IMG/VR virus record: IMGVR_UViG_3300027780_000023
Coordinates: 1 to 48,548 of that record
Direction: 5' to 3' (one strand)
DNA from: a virus
Taxonomy: Duplodnaviria; Caudoviricetes
Length of the DNA stretch: 48,548 bases
A program made the translations under genes and the position numbers. Of this stretch, positions 9,305 to 18,916 are shown in pieces (the first letter of the stretch is position 1; every line of letters begins with the position of its first letter). The notes beneath the pieces are model-generated. The model was not told the DNA's origin and did not search any database. It was given only the letters and a program-made list of their open reading frames with translations.

Positions 9305-9613
9305 ATGGCTTTTAAATTAACAAATCCACCTTACATGGTAGATAGTACTCCTATTTATAAAATAGACATGGAAGAAGGTGTTATGGGTAAAGCTAATAAC
9401 AATGGTTCTATAGTTATAAATAAAGACCTAGATCCAAGTGAAGTTGAAGGAGTTGTTGAGCATGAAAAAATTCACCTAGAACAAATGGAAAGAGGTGATT
9501 TAGATTATGACAATGACAATGTTTATTGGAAAGGTAAAAAATACTCAAGATCTGATATGGAAGAAGGTGCGAAGGATTTGCCTTGGGAAGCTGAAGCTTA
9601 TAAAAGATCATGA
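9305..9613 (+). CDS. Stand-alone zincin-type metalloprotease
   Basis: Strand GSIVIN, helix VVEHEKIHLEQ (HEXXH), and downstream PWEAEAY supplying a possible third ligand Glu. Confidence 0.75.
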   Translation: MAFKLTNPPYMVDSTPIYKIDMEEGVMGKANNNGSIVINKDLDPSEVEGVVEHEKIHLEQMERGDLDYDNDNVYWKGKKYSRSDMEEGAKDLPWEAEAYKRS

Positions 9614-9816
9614 AAGGTTTTTCAGAAAAAGGTTATCTAAGTGATAGTCCTGATGTAAATGAACATCAAAATATAATACAAGGAAACAAAATAACGATGA
9701 AAGGCGTTAATTTTAAAGTACTAGGAACAGACGATAGAGGTTATACCAAGGTAATGTATCCAGGTTATGATTATACGTTTCCTGGAGCTAAGTACGTAAT
9801 AGAAACAAAAATTTAA
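9610..9816 (+). CDS. Small hypothetical protein (ITMKGV...MYPGYDYTFPG module)
   Basis: ATGA overlap with the protease stop. Confidence 0.75.
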   Translation: MKGFSEKGYLSDSPDVNEHQNIIQGNKITMKGVNFKVLGTDDRGYTKVMYPGYDYTFPGAKYVIETKI

Positions 9817-9825
9817 AAAATAATT

Positions 9826-10380
9826 ATGAGTTCACCATTTCAAAGACAATTCAGTGCAAAATCACCTTTGCTTCAAAGAGAAAAAAAATCACAACTAGAA
9901 AGAGCTAACGCTTTAGTTAAAGAATCCCAAGCTGATGTAGATGCTTCAAGAGCAACTTTTGGCACTAAAAACGTAGACGAAGCTTTTGATAGAAAGTTAA
10001 GGGTATTAAAAGATAGAGTTACTAAAGCTAATAGCTTAGGAAGCAATGTTGGATTTGATACTACTGATGCTTCTGATGCAGGTGAAAAACGCGAAAGCCC
10101 ATCCCCATTAGAACAGTCAAATGCTAATGTAGGAGACTTTCTTGACGAGATGAGTTTTGAAGAGCAGGCAAGCAAAAAAGGATATAACATAGAAAATATT
10201 AGTAAAGTTAAAAAAGACGATAAAGGACAATATGTGGTTAGTTTATCTGAAGATGAATACGATGGCGAATCTGGTCCAAGCCAAATAGTTACAAACTACA
10301 ATCAAGGTAAGAACGCTTTGAGAGATACAATAAGACCAACTTATTCAAGAAAGTTTACTCATCCTAAAACTAAAAAGTAA
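9826..10380 (+). CDS. SP-motif family protein, paralogue of 43074..43661
   Basis: MSSPFQRQFSAKSPLLQ...SPSPLEQ; C-terminal module aligns with the 43074 protein. Confidence 0.8.
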   Translation: MSSPFQRQFSAKSPLLQREKKSQLERANALVKESQADVDASRATFGTKNVDEAFDRKLRVLKDRVTKANSLGSNVGFDTTDASDAGEKRESPSPLEQSNANVGDFLDEMSFEEQASKKGYNIENISKVKKDDKGQYVVSLSEDEYDGESGPSQIVTNYNQGKNALRDTIRPTYSRKFTHPKTKK

Positions 10381-10779
10381 TTGAAAAAAATTTGGGAATG
10401 GTTAAGTGGTAATGTCATCAAAGATGTTGGTGATGTTATTGATAAACTAACAACTACTGAGGAAGAAAAACTTCAAATAAAAAAGGAGATTCAAGTCATA
10501 GTTCAGGAAGCGGCTGCTAGCGCAGAAGACCAGGTAACAAAACGCTGGGAGAGCGATATGACTTCTGACTCATGGCTTAGTAAAAACACGCGCCCTATGG
10601 CTCTTATATTCTTATCGTTTATGGCTATAGCTTTCATATGGGTTGATAGTCATCATGAGATATCTTTCACTGTAGAGCAAGAGTGGATAGGATTATTAAA
10701 ACAGTTATTAACAACTGTGTACATAGCTTATTTTGGTTCACGTGGAGTAGAAAAATATAAATCAATAAGTAATAAATAA
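10381..10779 (+). CDS. Holin-like membrane protein (GTA 3TM holin type)
   Basis: TTEEEK...RWESDMTSDSWLSKNTRP plus hydrophobic helices plus YFGSRGVEK; TTG start. Confidence 0.7.
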   Translation: MKKIWEWLSGNVIKDVGDVIDKLTTTEEEKLQIKKEIQVIVQEAAASAEDQVTKRWESDMTSDSWLSKNTRPMALIFLSFMAIAFIWVDSHHEISFTVEQEWIGLLKQLLTTVYIAYFGSRGVEKYKSISNK

Positions 10780-10790
10780 AAAAATAAAAA

Positions 10791-11711
10791 ATGGGACAAT
10801 TTCCAACAAGTGACAGTATTATAGGTAAAGCGTTACAAGTATTGCCTATCCTAGATACCGCGATAGATCCTAGATCAGCTTGGTTATTTGAAAACCAATC
10901 TGGAACATTAGGTACAAATTTAAATAGCTCTGTGCTTTATGTTAGTGAAATAACTGGCACGCCAGCCGCTACAAAGGCTGATATTGCCGTTATACTCTCT
11001 GGAGTTCAAGGTGTTATAGGAGCTGTAGCTGCAGGAGGATTTAAATCTTTTGATCCTTACACATCAAGCCCTAGTTATAATGCTTTTTCAAATGGTGCTG
11101 GTTATTTTACAGCTACCGGATTATTAACATCAGTAACTAGTTCAGTACCTAAATCACCAGCTAAACAACCAAGTGGTTTGACTGTAGATATAACAGTAGC
11201 TGTACCAACGTCTGCTCTTGTAGTTGGCCAAGGTGGAACTGATTATACTGTAGGTAATACTTTTACAAGCACTGCTGCTCCAGTTGGAGGAACAGGTTTA
11301 GAAGGTACAATTGATACAATTAGCGGAGGACTTGGAACAGGTCCTGCTGCAACTCTTATTATAACGAGAAGTGGCTCAGGTTATTCTACAGGTGATGTAA
11401 TTACAATTACTTCTGCTGGTAGTAATAATGCAGCTGAGTTTACTATAACAGGCGCGCTTAACGGAGCAATAACAACTATAGCTGTAAATGCTGCTGGATC
11501 AAATTATTCTCCAGGAGATATTATAACAGTAACACAGGCTGGAGCTAGCGGAGGTACAAGAGCTATACTAAGAGTCGTTGACTCAGCTCCAACAATAGGT
11601 GACGCTGTGATATTTAAAAACGTGCCAATGGGAACTATACTACCAGTATCTGTAGATTACCTTATGGCAACTGGCTCAACAGCTAACCTTGTGTGTATTG
11701 CAGGTAAATAG
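10791..11711 (+). CDS. Putative virion structural protein with GxxYxxGDxIT repeats
   Basis: GTDYTVGNT, GSGYSTGDVITI and GSNYSPGDIITV; G/T/A-rich; contains KSPAKQ. Confidence 0.6.
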   Translation: MGQFPTSDSIIGKALQVLPILDTAIDPRSAWLFENQSGTLGTNLNSSVLYVSEITGTPAATKADIAVILSGVQGVIGAVAAGGFKSFDPYTSSPSYNAFSNGAGYFTATGLLTSVTSSVPKSPAKQPSGLTVDITVAVPTSALVVGQGGTDYTVGNTFTSTAAPVGGTGLEGTIDTISGGLGTGPAATLIITRSGSGYSTGDVITITSAGSNNAAEFTITGALNGAITTIAVNAAGSNYSPGDIITVTQAGASGGTRAILRVVDSAPTIGDAVIFKNVPMGTILPVSVDYLMATGSTANLVCIAGK

Positions 11712-11715
11712 TGTA

Positions 11716-11730
11716 AAAACAAGTAACTAT
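11716..11730 (+). promoter_or_regulatory. Recurrent intergenic motif, copy 2
   Basis: aaaacaagtaactat upstream of the 11770-terminase block. Confidence 0.5.
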
Positions 11731-11769
11731 ATAAATAAGTAAATATTAACAATTAAATAAAATCAAATT

Positions 11770-12033
11770 ATGAGTAAAGTAAAAAAAATGGAAAAACCAA
11801 TGATTACCAAAGAACAGTTAAAAACTGTTAACGACCAACAAAGTAAATTAAGCGAACTACTAAGAACTTTAGGTGTTTTAGATGTTCAAAAAATGAATGT
11901 TCATGACAAAGTTAAGGAAATTTCTAAAGAAATTGAAGCAACTAAAAAAGAATTAGAAGATGAATATGGTCAAGTAAATATAGACTTAACAGACGGATCT
12001 TACGCGGAGATTGAAAAAGAAGATGATAAATAA
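11770..12033 (+). CDS. Small coiled-coil hypothetical protein
   Basis: 87 aa, heptad-like and K/E-rich; A-rich leader. Confidence 0.75.
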   Translation: MSKVKKMEKPMITKEQLKTVNDQQSKLSELLRTLGVLDVQKMNVHDKVKEISKEIEATKKELEDEYGQVNIDLTDGSYAEIEKEDDK

Positions 12034-12250
12034 TATTAGAAAGATAAGTATTGGGTCTGACTACAAAAACGATGCTATGCATTATTCTGTAGGACAGCAA
12101 GTTTATGGTGGTCACGAAATATCACATATAATATTTGAAGACTCAGACAAATCCTATAATATACATATTAAAAAAAACAATGAGGTATTGCCATGGAAGA
12201 AATTTAATTCTAACATGGCTATATCCGTTGAATATGATTTAGAATATTAA
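12023..12250 (+). CDS. Hypothetical phage protein
   Basis: ATG 12023 preferred over TTG 12011; IRKISIGSDYKNDAMHYSVGQ; coupled to both neighbours. Confidence 0.75.
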   Translation: MINNIRKISIGSDYKNDAMHYSVGQQVYGGHEISHIIFEDSDKSYNIHIKKNNEVLPWKKFNSNMAISVEYDLEY

Positions 12251-12855
12251 TGAATAGTTTATATGATTTTATTGTTGAACCTTTAGGTGATAAATACAGC
12301 AATACAATTATGGTGGATGGCAAAGAATTAGTAGTCAATACCAAAATAGAAGATTTTAAATTTGTAAATAGATTAGCTAAAGTTATAAAAACACCTTTAG
12401 CTTTTAATTTAGATATTAAAATTGGGGACATAGTAGTAGTTCACCAAAACGTGTTTAGAGTTTTCTATGATATGAAAGGAAAGAAAAGAAAAAGTAGATC
12501 TTTTTTTATAGATGATTTACATTTTTGTTCTATAGATCAAATATATTTATATAGAAATAGTGAAGGTTGGAATACCGTAGGTGACAGGTGTTTTATAAAA
12601 CCTATAAAAAGTAATCAATCTCTAACGGTTGATAAAGAACGCAGTCTTATTGGTATACTTAAGTATGGCAATAGCTCTTTAAATGATTTAGAAATCAACC
12701 CAGGTGACTTAGTAGGTTATACACCTAACGGTGAATGGGAATTTTTAATTGAAAAAGAAAGACTTTATTGTATGAAATCTAATGATATTGTAATTAAGTA
12801 TGAATATAAAGGAGACGAAGAAGAGTATAATCCTAGCTGGGCACATAGCGGTTGA
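12250..12855 (+). CDS. Tandem GroES-like protein (two cpn10-type halves)
   Basis: DFIVEP...IKIGDIVVVH and DRCFIKP...INPGDLVGY...LYCMKSNDI both follow the GroES strand pattern. Confidence 0.6.
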   Translation: MNSLYDFIVEPLGDKYSNTIMVDGKELVVNTKIEDFKFVNRLAKVIKTPLAFNLDIKIGDIVVVHQNVFRVFYDMKGKKRKSRSFFIDDLHFCSIDQIYLYRNSEGWNTVGDRCFIKPIKSNQSLTVDKERSLIGILKYGNSSLNDLEINPGDLVGYTPNGEWEFLIEKERLYCMKSNDIVIKYEYKGDEEEYNPSWAHSG

Positions 12856-13081
12856 AGAGTTAATTAAAGTTGCTAAAGAGGCTATTATAGATTCAAAAGA
12901 TGACATATCAGCTGATAGATTAAAAAATGCCGCTGCTACAAAAAAACTTGCTATATTCGATGCTTTTGAAATTCTGAATAGAATTAAAGAAGAAGAAGAT
13001 ATGTTAGAGGATAAACCTAAGGAAGTTAAAGAAGAAAAATCTTTTAAAGGTTTTGCTGAAGGAAGATCTAAAAATGTATAA
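12800..13081 (+). CDS. Putative terminase small subunit
   Basis: Small helical protein directly upstream of and overlapping TerL; assignment is positional. Confidence 0.45.
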   Translation: MNIKETKKSIILAGHIAVEELIKVAKEAIIDSKDDISADRLKNAAATKKLAIFDAFEILNRIKEEEDMLEDKPKEVKEEKSFKGFAEGRSKNV

Positions 13082-15284
13082 GCAAACTTTATATAAAGTC
13101 TTAAAAGACTACGTAAAACCTAAAGTTCTTAGTAGAATGAATAGGTATAAAAAATGGGATTATGGTTATAACAAAGAACATGATTTAATAGTTATAAGTA
13201 AAACAGGTGAAATAGGTGAGGTTTATGAAATACAAAACCTTAAAATTGCTTTACCTAAACCAAAAGATGTTGTTGAGTTTGAAGAAGACAAATGGACTTA
13301 TACACAATACCCAAAGCAATTAAGTAGAATTAAATCTGTTTTTGACTGGGAAGAATACCCATCAGAATTTAAAGAAAAATGGTATGACTATATTGATAAA
13401 GAATTTACAAGACGTGAAGAAGGTTTTTGGTTCATTAACAAAGGTATTCCTACTTATATTACTGGTACTAATTACATGTACTTGCAGTGGTCCAAGATTG
13501 ATGTTGGGCAACCAGACTTTAGGGAATCAAATAGATTATTCTACATTTTCTGGGAAGCTAGCAAAGCCGATATCAGGTCTTACGGGATGTGTTATCTTAA
13601 AAACCGTAGGTCAGGTTTCTCATTTATGTCCTCAGCTGAATCAGTTAATCTTGCCACAATATCAACAGATTCACGATACGGAATATTGTCTAAATCTGGT
13701 GCCGATGCTAAGAAGATGTTCACCGATAAAGTCGTACCAATATCCGTTAATTATCCCTTCTTTTTCAAACCGATTCAAGACGGTATGGACAGACCAAAAA
13801 CCGAACTTGCTTATAGAGTACCTGCCTCTAAATTTACCCGTAGAAAACTTGATGCAAATCAAGCCATCAAAGAGATTACCGGTTTGGACACCACTATTGA
13901 CTGGAAAAACACCGGTGATAATGCTTACGATGGAGAAAAGCTTAGGCTCCTTGTTCATGATGAATCAGGTAAATGGGAAAGGCCAAATAACATTCTTAAC
14001 AACTGGCGTGTTACAAAAACAACCCTTAGATTAGGTAGTAGAGTTATTGGAAAGTGTATGATGGGTAGTACCTCAAATGCTTTAGATAAAGGAGGTAGAA
14101 ATTTTAAGAAACTATACGATGATTCAGACGTTACAAAAAGAAACGCCAATGGACAGACTCGCTCAGGATTATATTCTCTGTTCATACCTATGGAATGGAA
14201 CTACGAAGGATACATTGATTCTTATGGCTTTCCTGTATTCGAAAAACCATCTAAAGAAACAGTAGGACCCGATGGCTTACGCATAGGCATAGGTGTTATT
14301 GAATATTGGAATAATGAAGTAGATGGCCTTAAAGATGATCAAGATGGTTTAAATGAATTTTACAGACAGTTTCCGCGTACTACAAAACACGCATTTAGAG
14401 ACGAGTCTAAAATGTCTTTATTTAATCTTACTAAAATATACCAACAAATAGATTATAACGAAGATGAAAGAAACAGCTTAAATGTAACTAAAGGAAGTTT
14501 TCAATGGGAGAACAATAAAAAAGATTCTAAAGTTATATTTATGCCAAATAAAAATGGTAGATTTTTAGTAACTTGGGTACCGCCTTTTAATTTACAAAAC
14601 AAAAGGTTTATAAAAAATGGTGTTAACTATCCAGGCAATGAGCATTGCGGTGCTTTTGGTTGTGATCCATATGATATATCAGGAACAGTAGATGGTAAAG
14701 GTTCTAATGGATCTTTACATGGTTTAACTAAGTTTAGTATGGAAGAAGTTCCACCTAATCATTTCTTTTTAGAATACATAGCTAGACCTCAAACTGCTGA
14801 GATCTTTTTTGAAGATGTATTAATGGCCTGTGTATTTTACGGCATGCCAATATTAGCAGAAAATAATAAACCTAGACTCTTGTATCATTTTAAACGTAGA
14901 GGTTATAGAGGGTTTGCAATGAACAGACCAGATAAAAAAAGAAATAAATTATCAATTACAGAAAGAGAAATAGGTGGAATACCTAACTCTAGTGAAGATA
15001 TAAAACAATCACACGCTTCTGCTATAGAAACATATATAGAACACTTTGTTGGATTAAAAGAAAATGGTTATGGAGATGTTTACTTTCAAAGAACGTTAGA
15101 AGACTGGGCACATTTTAATATAAATAATAGAACAACGCATGATGCTTCTATTAGTTCAGGTCTAGCTTTAATGGCTTGTAACAAACACATATACTCTCCA
15201 GTAAATAAGATAGAATTACCGGCGATTGATCTTGGTATAAAGAAATATGATAACAAAGGAACTACATCAAAAATTATAAGTTAA
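13074..15284 (+). CDS. terL: Terminase large subunit
   Basis: Walker A-like KNRRSGFS, Walker B LLVHDESGKW, coupling motif GSTSN, nuclease GCDPYD...HDASIS; ATG 13074. Confidence 0.92.
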   Translation: MYKQTLYKVLKDYVKPKVLSRMNRYKKWDYGYNKEHDLIVISKTGEIGEVYEIQNLKIALPKPKDVVEFEEDKWTYTQYPKQLSRIKSVFDWEEYPSEFKEKWYDYIDKEFTRREEGFWFINKGIPTYITGTNYMYLQWSKIDVGQPDFRESNRLFYIFWEASKADIRSYGMCYLKNRRSGFSFMSSAESVNLATISTDSRYGILSKSGADAKKMFTDKVVPISVNYPFFFKPIQDGMDRPKTELAYRVPASKFTRRKLDANQAIKEITGLDTTIDWKNTGDNAYDGEKLRLLVHDESGKWERPNNILNNWRVTKTTLRLGSRVIGKCMMGSTSNALDKGGRNFKKLYDDSDVTKRNANGQTRSGLYSLFIPMEWNYEGYIDSYGFPVFEKPSKETVGPDGLRIGIGVIEYWNNEVDGLKDDQDGLNEFYRQFPRTTKHAFRDESKMSLFNLTKIYQQIDYNEDERNSLNVTKGSFQWENNKKDSKVIFMPNKNGRFLVTWVPPFNLQNKRFIKNGVNYPGNEHCGAFGCDPYDISGTVDGKGSNGSLHGLTKFSMEEVPPNHFFLEYIARPQTAEIFFEDVLMACVFYGMPILAENNKPRLLYHFKRRGYRGFAMNRPDKKRNKLSITEREIGGIPNSSEDIKQSHASAIETYIEHFVGLKENGYGDVYFQRTLEDWAHFNINNRTTHDASISSGLALMACNKHIYSPVNKIELPAIDLGIKKYDNKGTTSKIIS

Positions 15285-17674
15285 TGAATATATATACTAA
15301 CACCAATAGCGCTTTCCCTAGTCAAGTAGTGAGTGATGCAGAAAAAGCAAGTATTGAATACGGTAGTCAAGTAGCAATGGCTATTGAATACGAATGGTTT
15401 CGTTCAGGAAGAACTGCTGGTAATAGATACTTAACTAATTGGAATAATTTTCACGACTTACGACTATACGCTCGTGGAGAACAAAGCATACAAAAATACA
15501 AAGATGAATTGTCTATTAATGGCGATTTGTCTTATCTTAATTTAGACTGGAAACCAGTACCAATATTATCTAAGTTTGTAGATATAGTTGTTAATGGTAT
15601 ATCTAGTAAAAGTTACGACATAAAAGCTTATGCTCAAGATCCTTCTTCTGTAAAGAAAAGAACAGAATATGCCTCTAAACTACAAGAGGACATGGTTGCT
15701 AAAGAGTATTTAGAATCATTAAAATCTACTTTAGGTATAAATCTATATCAAAGTCCAAATCCAGAAACAATACCTGAAAGTCCAGAGGAACTAGAATTGC
15801 ACATGCAACTTAGTTATAAGCAATCCATAGAAATAGCAGAAGAAGAAGCTATATCAACTGTGTTGGCCCAGAATAAATACGACTTAATAAGACGTAGGAT
15901 AAACATGGACTTGACTACAATAGGTATTGGAGCAACTAAAACAAATTTTAATCTAGCCGAAGGAGTTACAGTTGATTATGTAGATCCTGCTTATATGGTT
16001 TATTCGTATACTGAAGATCCTAATTTTGAAGATATATATTACGTAGGTGAATTAAAATCTATAACAATACCCGAGCTTAAAAAAGAGTTTCCTAATATTT
16101 CAAAAGAAGAATTAGATAGAATTCAAAAAATGCCAGGTAATAGATCATATGTAACTGGTTGGGGTGATTATGACGAAAACACTGTTCAAGTGTTGTATTT
16201 TGAATACAAAACATATCACAATCAAGTTTTTAAAATAAAACAAACAGATCAAGGTTTAATGAAAGCTTTAGAGAAACCTGATACATTTAATCCACCAGAA
16301 AGTGATAACTTTGAAAGAGTATCAAGATCTATAGAGGTTTTATATACAGGAGCTAAGGTTTTAGGAACTGATACAATGCTCGACTGGAGGTTAGCAGAAA
16401 ACATGACAAGACCTTATGCTGACACTACTAAGGTGGAAATGAATTATGCTTTATGTGCGCCAAGAATATATAAAGGTAGAATAGAATCTCTTGTAAGCAA
16501 GTGTATTGGTTTTGCTGATATGATACAGCTTACACATTTAAAATTACAACAAGTACTTTCTAGGATGGTTCCAGATGGCGTCTATTTAGACATGGACGGT
16601 TTAGCAGAAGTTGATTTAGGCAATGGTACAAACTATAACCCAGCAGAAGCACTAAACATGTATTTCCAAACAGGTTCTATAGTTGGTAGATCTTTGACAC
16701 AAGAAGGTGATCTAAATCAAGGTAAAGTTCCAATACAAGAACTTAATAGCTCTAGTGGCCAAGCTAAGATCGCAGCTCTTATACAAACGTATCAATATTA
16801 TCTACAAATGATACGTGATGTAACAGGACTTAACGAAGCTAGAGATGGCACTACGCCAGATAAAGGTACTTTAGTAGGACTACAGAAGATGGCAGCTAAC
16901 GCATCTAACGTAGCTACTAGACATATAAAGCAATCAAGTTTGTATTTAACCCTTAGAATAGCTGAAAACATAGCGTTAAAACTAGCGGACGCATTAGAGT
17001 TTCCGTTAACTAAAAACGCTTTGCAAAACTCTATATCTACATATAGCGTAAAAACATTAGAAGGAATTGCTGATTTAAATCTTCACGACTTTGGTATATT
17101 CTTAGAACTAGAACCAGACGAAGAAGAGCAAGCTAAACTAGAAGAAAACATACAAGTTGCTTTACAACAAGGAGGTATTGATCTTGAAGATGCTATAGAC
17201 TTAAGGCAGATTAAAAATCTTAAGTTAGCGAATCAAATGCTTAAAATAAAACGTAAGCAAAAAGGTAAACAAGAACAAGCTAATCAACAAGCTAATATAA
17301 AAGCCCAAGCTGATGCTCAAGCAGAGACTGCAGAAAAAACAGCAATGGCTGAAGTTCAAAAGCAAGAAGCTATATCAGGTTCTAATGTGCAATACGAACA
17401 AGCCAAGTCTCAATTTGAGATGCAAAGAATGCAAGCAGCTGCTCAAATAAAGCAACAAGAAATGCAGATACAGCATCAATACAACATGGAACTCAAGCAG
17501 ATGGACGTGCAACAGATGCAACAAAAAGAAGATAAAATTGAAAACCGCAAAGATCAAAGAACAAAGATCCAAGCAACTCAACAAAGTGAAATGATAAGTC
17601 AAAGGAAAAACGAAACAGCTCCTATAGATTTTGAAAATCAAAACGCTGCTCAGCAGTTTCCAACAGTATTATAA
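15284..17674 (+). CDS. Portal protein
   Basis: 796 aa directly after TerL; PILSKFVDIV and IRDVTGLNEARDG; Q-rich C-terminal coiled coil as in podovirus/crAss-like portals. Confidence 0.85.
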   Translation: MNIYTNTNSAFPSQVVSDAEKASIEYGSQVAMAIEYEWFRSGRTAGNRYLTNWNNFHDLRLYARGEQSIQKYKDELSINGDLSYLNLDWKPVPILSKFVDIVVNGISSKSYDIKAYAQDPSSVKKRTEYASKLQEDMVAKEYLESLKSTLGINLYQSPNPETIPESPEELELHMQLSYKQSIEIAEEEAISTVLAQNKYDLIRRRINMDLTTIGIGATKTNFNLAEGVTVDYVDPAYMVYSYTEDPNFEDIYYVGELKSITIPELKKEFPNISKEELDRIQKMPGNRSYVTGWGDYDENTVQVLYFEYKTYHNQVFKIKQTDQGLMKALEKPDTFNPPESDNFERVSRSIEVLYTGAKVLGTDTMLDWRLAENMTRPYADTTKVEMNYALCAPRIYKGRIESLVSKCIGFADMIQLTHLKLQQVLSRMVPDGVYLDMDGLAEVDLGNGTNYNPAEALNMYFQTGSIVGRSLTQEGDLNQGKVPIQELNSSSGQAKIAALIQTYQYYLQMIRDVTGLNEARDGTTPDKGTLVGLQKMAANASNVATRHIKQSSLYLTLRIAENIALKLADALEFPLTKNALQNSISTYSVKTLEGIADLNLHDFGIFLELEPDEEEQAKLEENIQVALQQGGIDLEDAIDLRQIKNLKLANQMLKIKRKQKGKQEQANQQANIKAQADAQAETAEKTAMAEVQKQEAISGSNVQYEQAKSQFEMQRMQAAAQIKQQEMQIQHQYNMELKQMDVQQMQQKEDKIENRKDQRTKIQATQQSEMISQRKNETAPIDFENQNAAQQFPTVL

Positions 17675-17686
17675 CTGTTTATTAAT

Positions 17687-17708
17687 TATTTAATTATATT
17701 ATATTATG
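17687..17708 (+). repeat. 22-nt leader identical to 20467..20488
   Basis: tatttaattatattatattATG. Confidence 0.85.
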
Positions 17709-18902
17709 TCAGAACAAAAAACAAATGAACCTGTTAAACAGGAAGGTGAGTTTAAACTTAAAAAGAAAACTCCTAAAAAATTATTAACCCCACAAAGTAA
17801 CGAACCAACCAAGGTGAATATTAAAGAACCTTTGATTGAACTACCACCAGAAGTTACTAAAGTGTCAATACCTAAAGAAGATGCCATTCAAATCGGAGAA
17901 ACAAAAGAAGTGGTTGTGGGCGAACAAACCGGAGATAGCCCAGCGATGGGAGAACCTTTACAAGAGTCCAACAAGGATGTTGAAGGGTTTTATCCAATCA
18001 AAGAAGTAACAGAATCTGAAGTTAAAAAAGTAGAAGATGAGGTTGTAAAAGCAATTCAAGATGAAAAAATTCTTGGTAAAGCTTTACCTGAAAATATAGA
18101 GAAACTAGTTTCTTTCATGGAAGACACTGGAGGAACTATTGAAGACTACACAAGATTAAACGCGGATTATTCATCAGTAGATGAAAATACGTTATTAAAA
18201 GAATATTATAAAAAAGCTAAACCTCATTTAGATGAGGAAGAAATAAGTTTTATCATGGAAGATAATTTTTCATTTGATGTAGACTTAGACGAAGAACGAG
18301 AAGTCCGTAAAAAGAAACTCGCTAAAAAAGAAGAGATTGCAAAAGCTAAAGGCTTTTTAGAGGAAACGAAAAAGAAATATTACGACGAAATCAAGTTGAG
18401 ACCCGGCGTAACACAGGACCAAAAAAAAGCTACAGATTTTTTCAATCGATACAATAAGCAGCAAGAAAGAGCAGAGCAACAACACGCACAGTTTAAAGAA
18501 AGTACTAAAGAACTTTTCAATGACAGTTTCGAAGGTTTCGATATTAAAGTTGGTGAAAAAAATTATAAGTACAATATTCAAAACCGTGAAAAAGTTGCAG
18601 AAAGCCAATCAAGTATTAACAACCTTGTCGGGAAGTTCCTAGACGCAGATGGTAATGTTAGTGACTCGAAAGGTTATCACAAAGCTATGTACGCTGCTGA
18701 CAATGTAGATAGGATTGCCTCTCATTTCTATGAACAAGGTAAAGCTGACGCTATTAAAGACGTTGTTAACAAATCAAAAAACCCAAGTGATTCTCTAGCT
18801 AGAAAATCTCAAGGTGATGTTTTTGTTAATGGTTTTAAAGTGAAAGCAATTAGTGGCACCGATTCTACAAAATTAAGAATTAAAACAAAAAAGTTTAACT
18901 AA
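17706..18902 (+). CDS. Putative scaffolding/head assembly protein
   Basis: Acidic, E/K-rich, located between portal and major capsid. Confidence 0.6.
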   Translation: MSEQKTNEPVKQEGEFKLKKKTPKKLLTPQSNEPTKVNIKEPLIELPPEVTKVSIPKEDAIQIGETKEVVVGEQTGDSPAMGEPLQESNKDVEGFYPIKEVTESEVKKVEDEVVKAIQDEKILGKALPENIEKLVSFMEDTGGTIEDYTRLNADYSSVDENTLLKEYYKKAKPHLDEEEISFIMEDNFSFDVDLDEEREVRKKKLAKKEEIAKAKGFLEETKKKYYDEIKLRPGVTQDQKKATDFFNRYNKQQERAEQQHAQFKESTKELFNDSFEGFDIKVGEKNYKYNIQNREKVAESQSSINNLVGKFLDADGNVSDSKGYHKAMYAADNVDRIASHFYEQGKADAIKDVVNKSKNPSDSLARKSQGDVFVNGFKVKAISGTDSTKLRIKTKKFN

Positions 18903-18916
18903 AAAAACAAAACAAA

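Noticed and set aside
13342-14034. 230-aa +1 frame ORF inside terL
   Set aside because: Fully overlaps the conserved ATPase domain and has no recognisable motifs or leader. Treated as a shadow ORF, although its length is somewhat notable.
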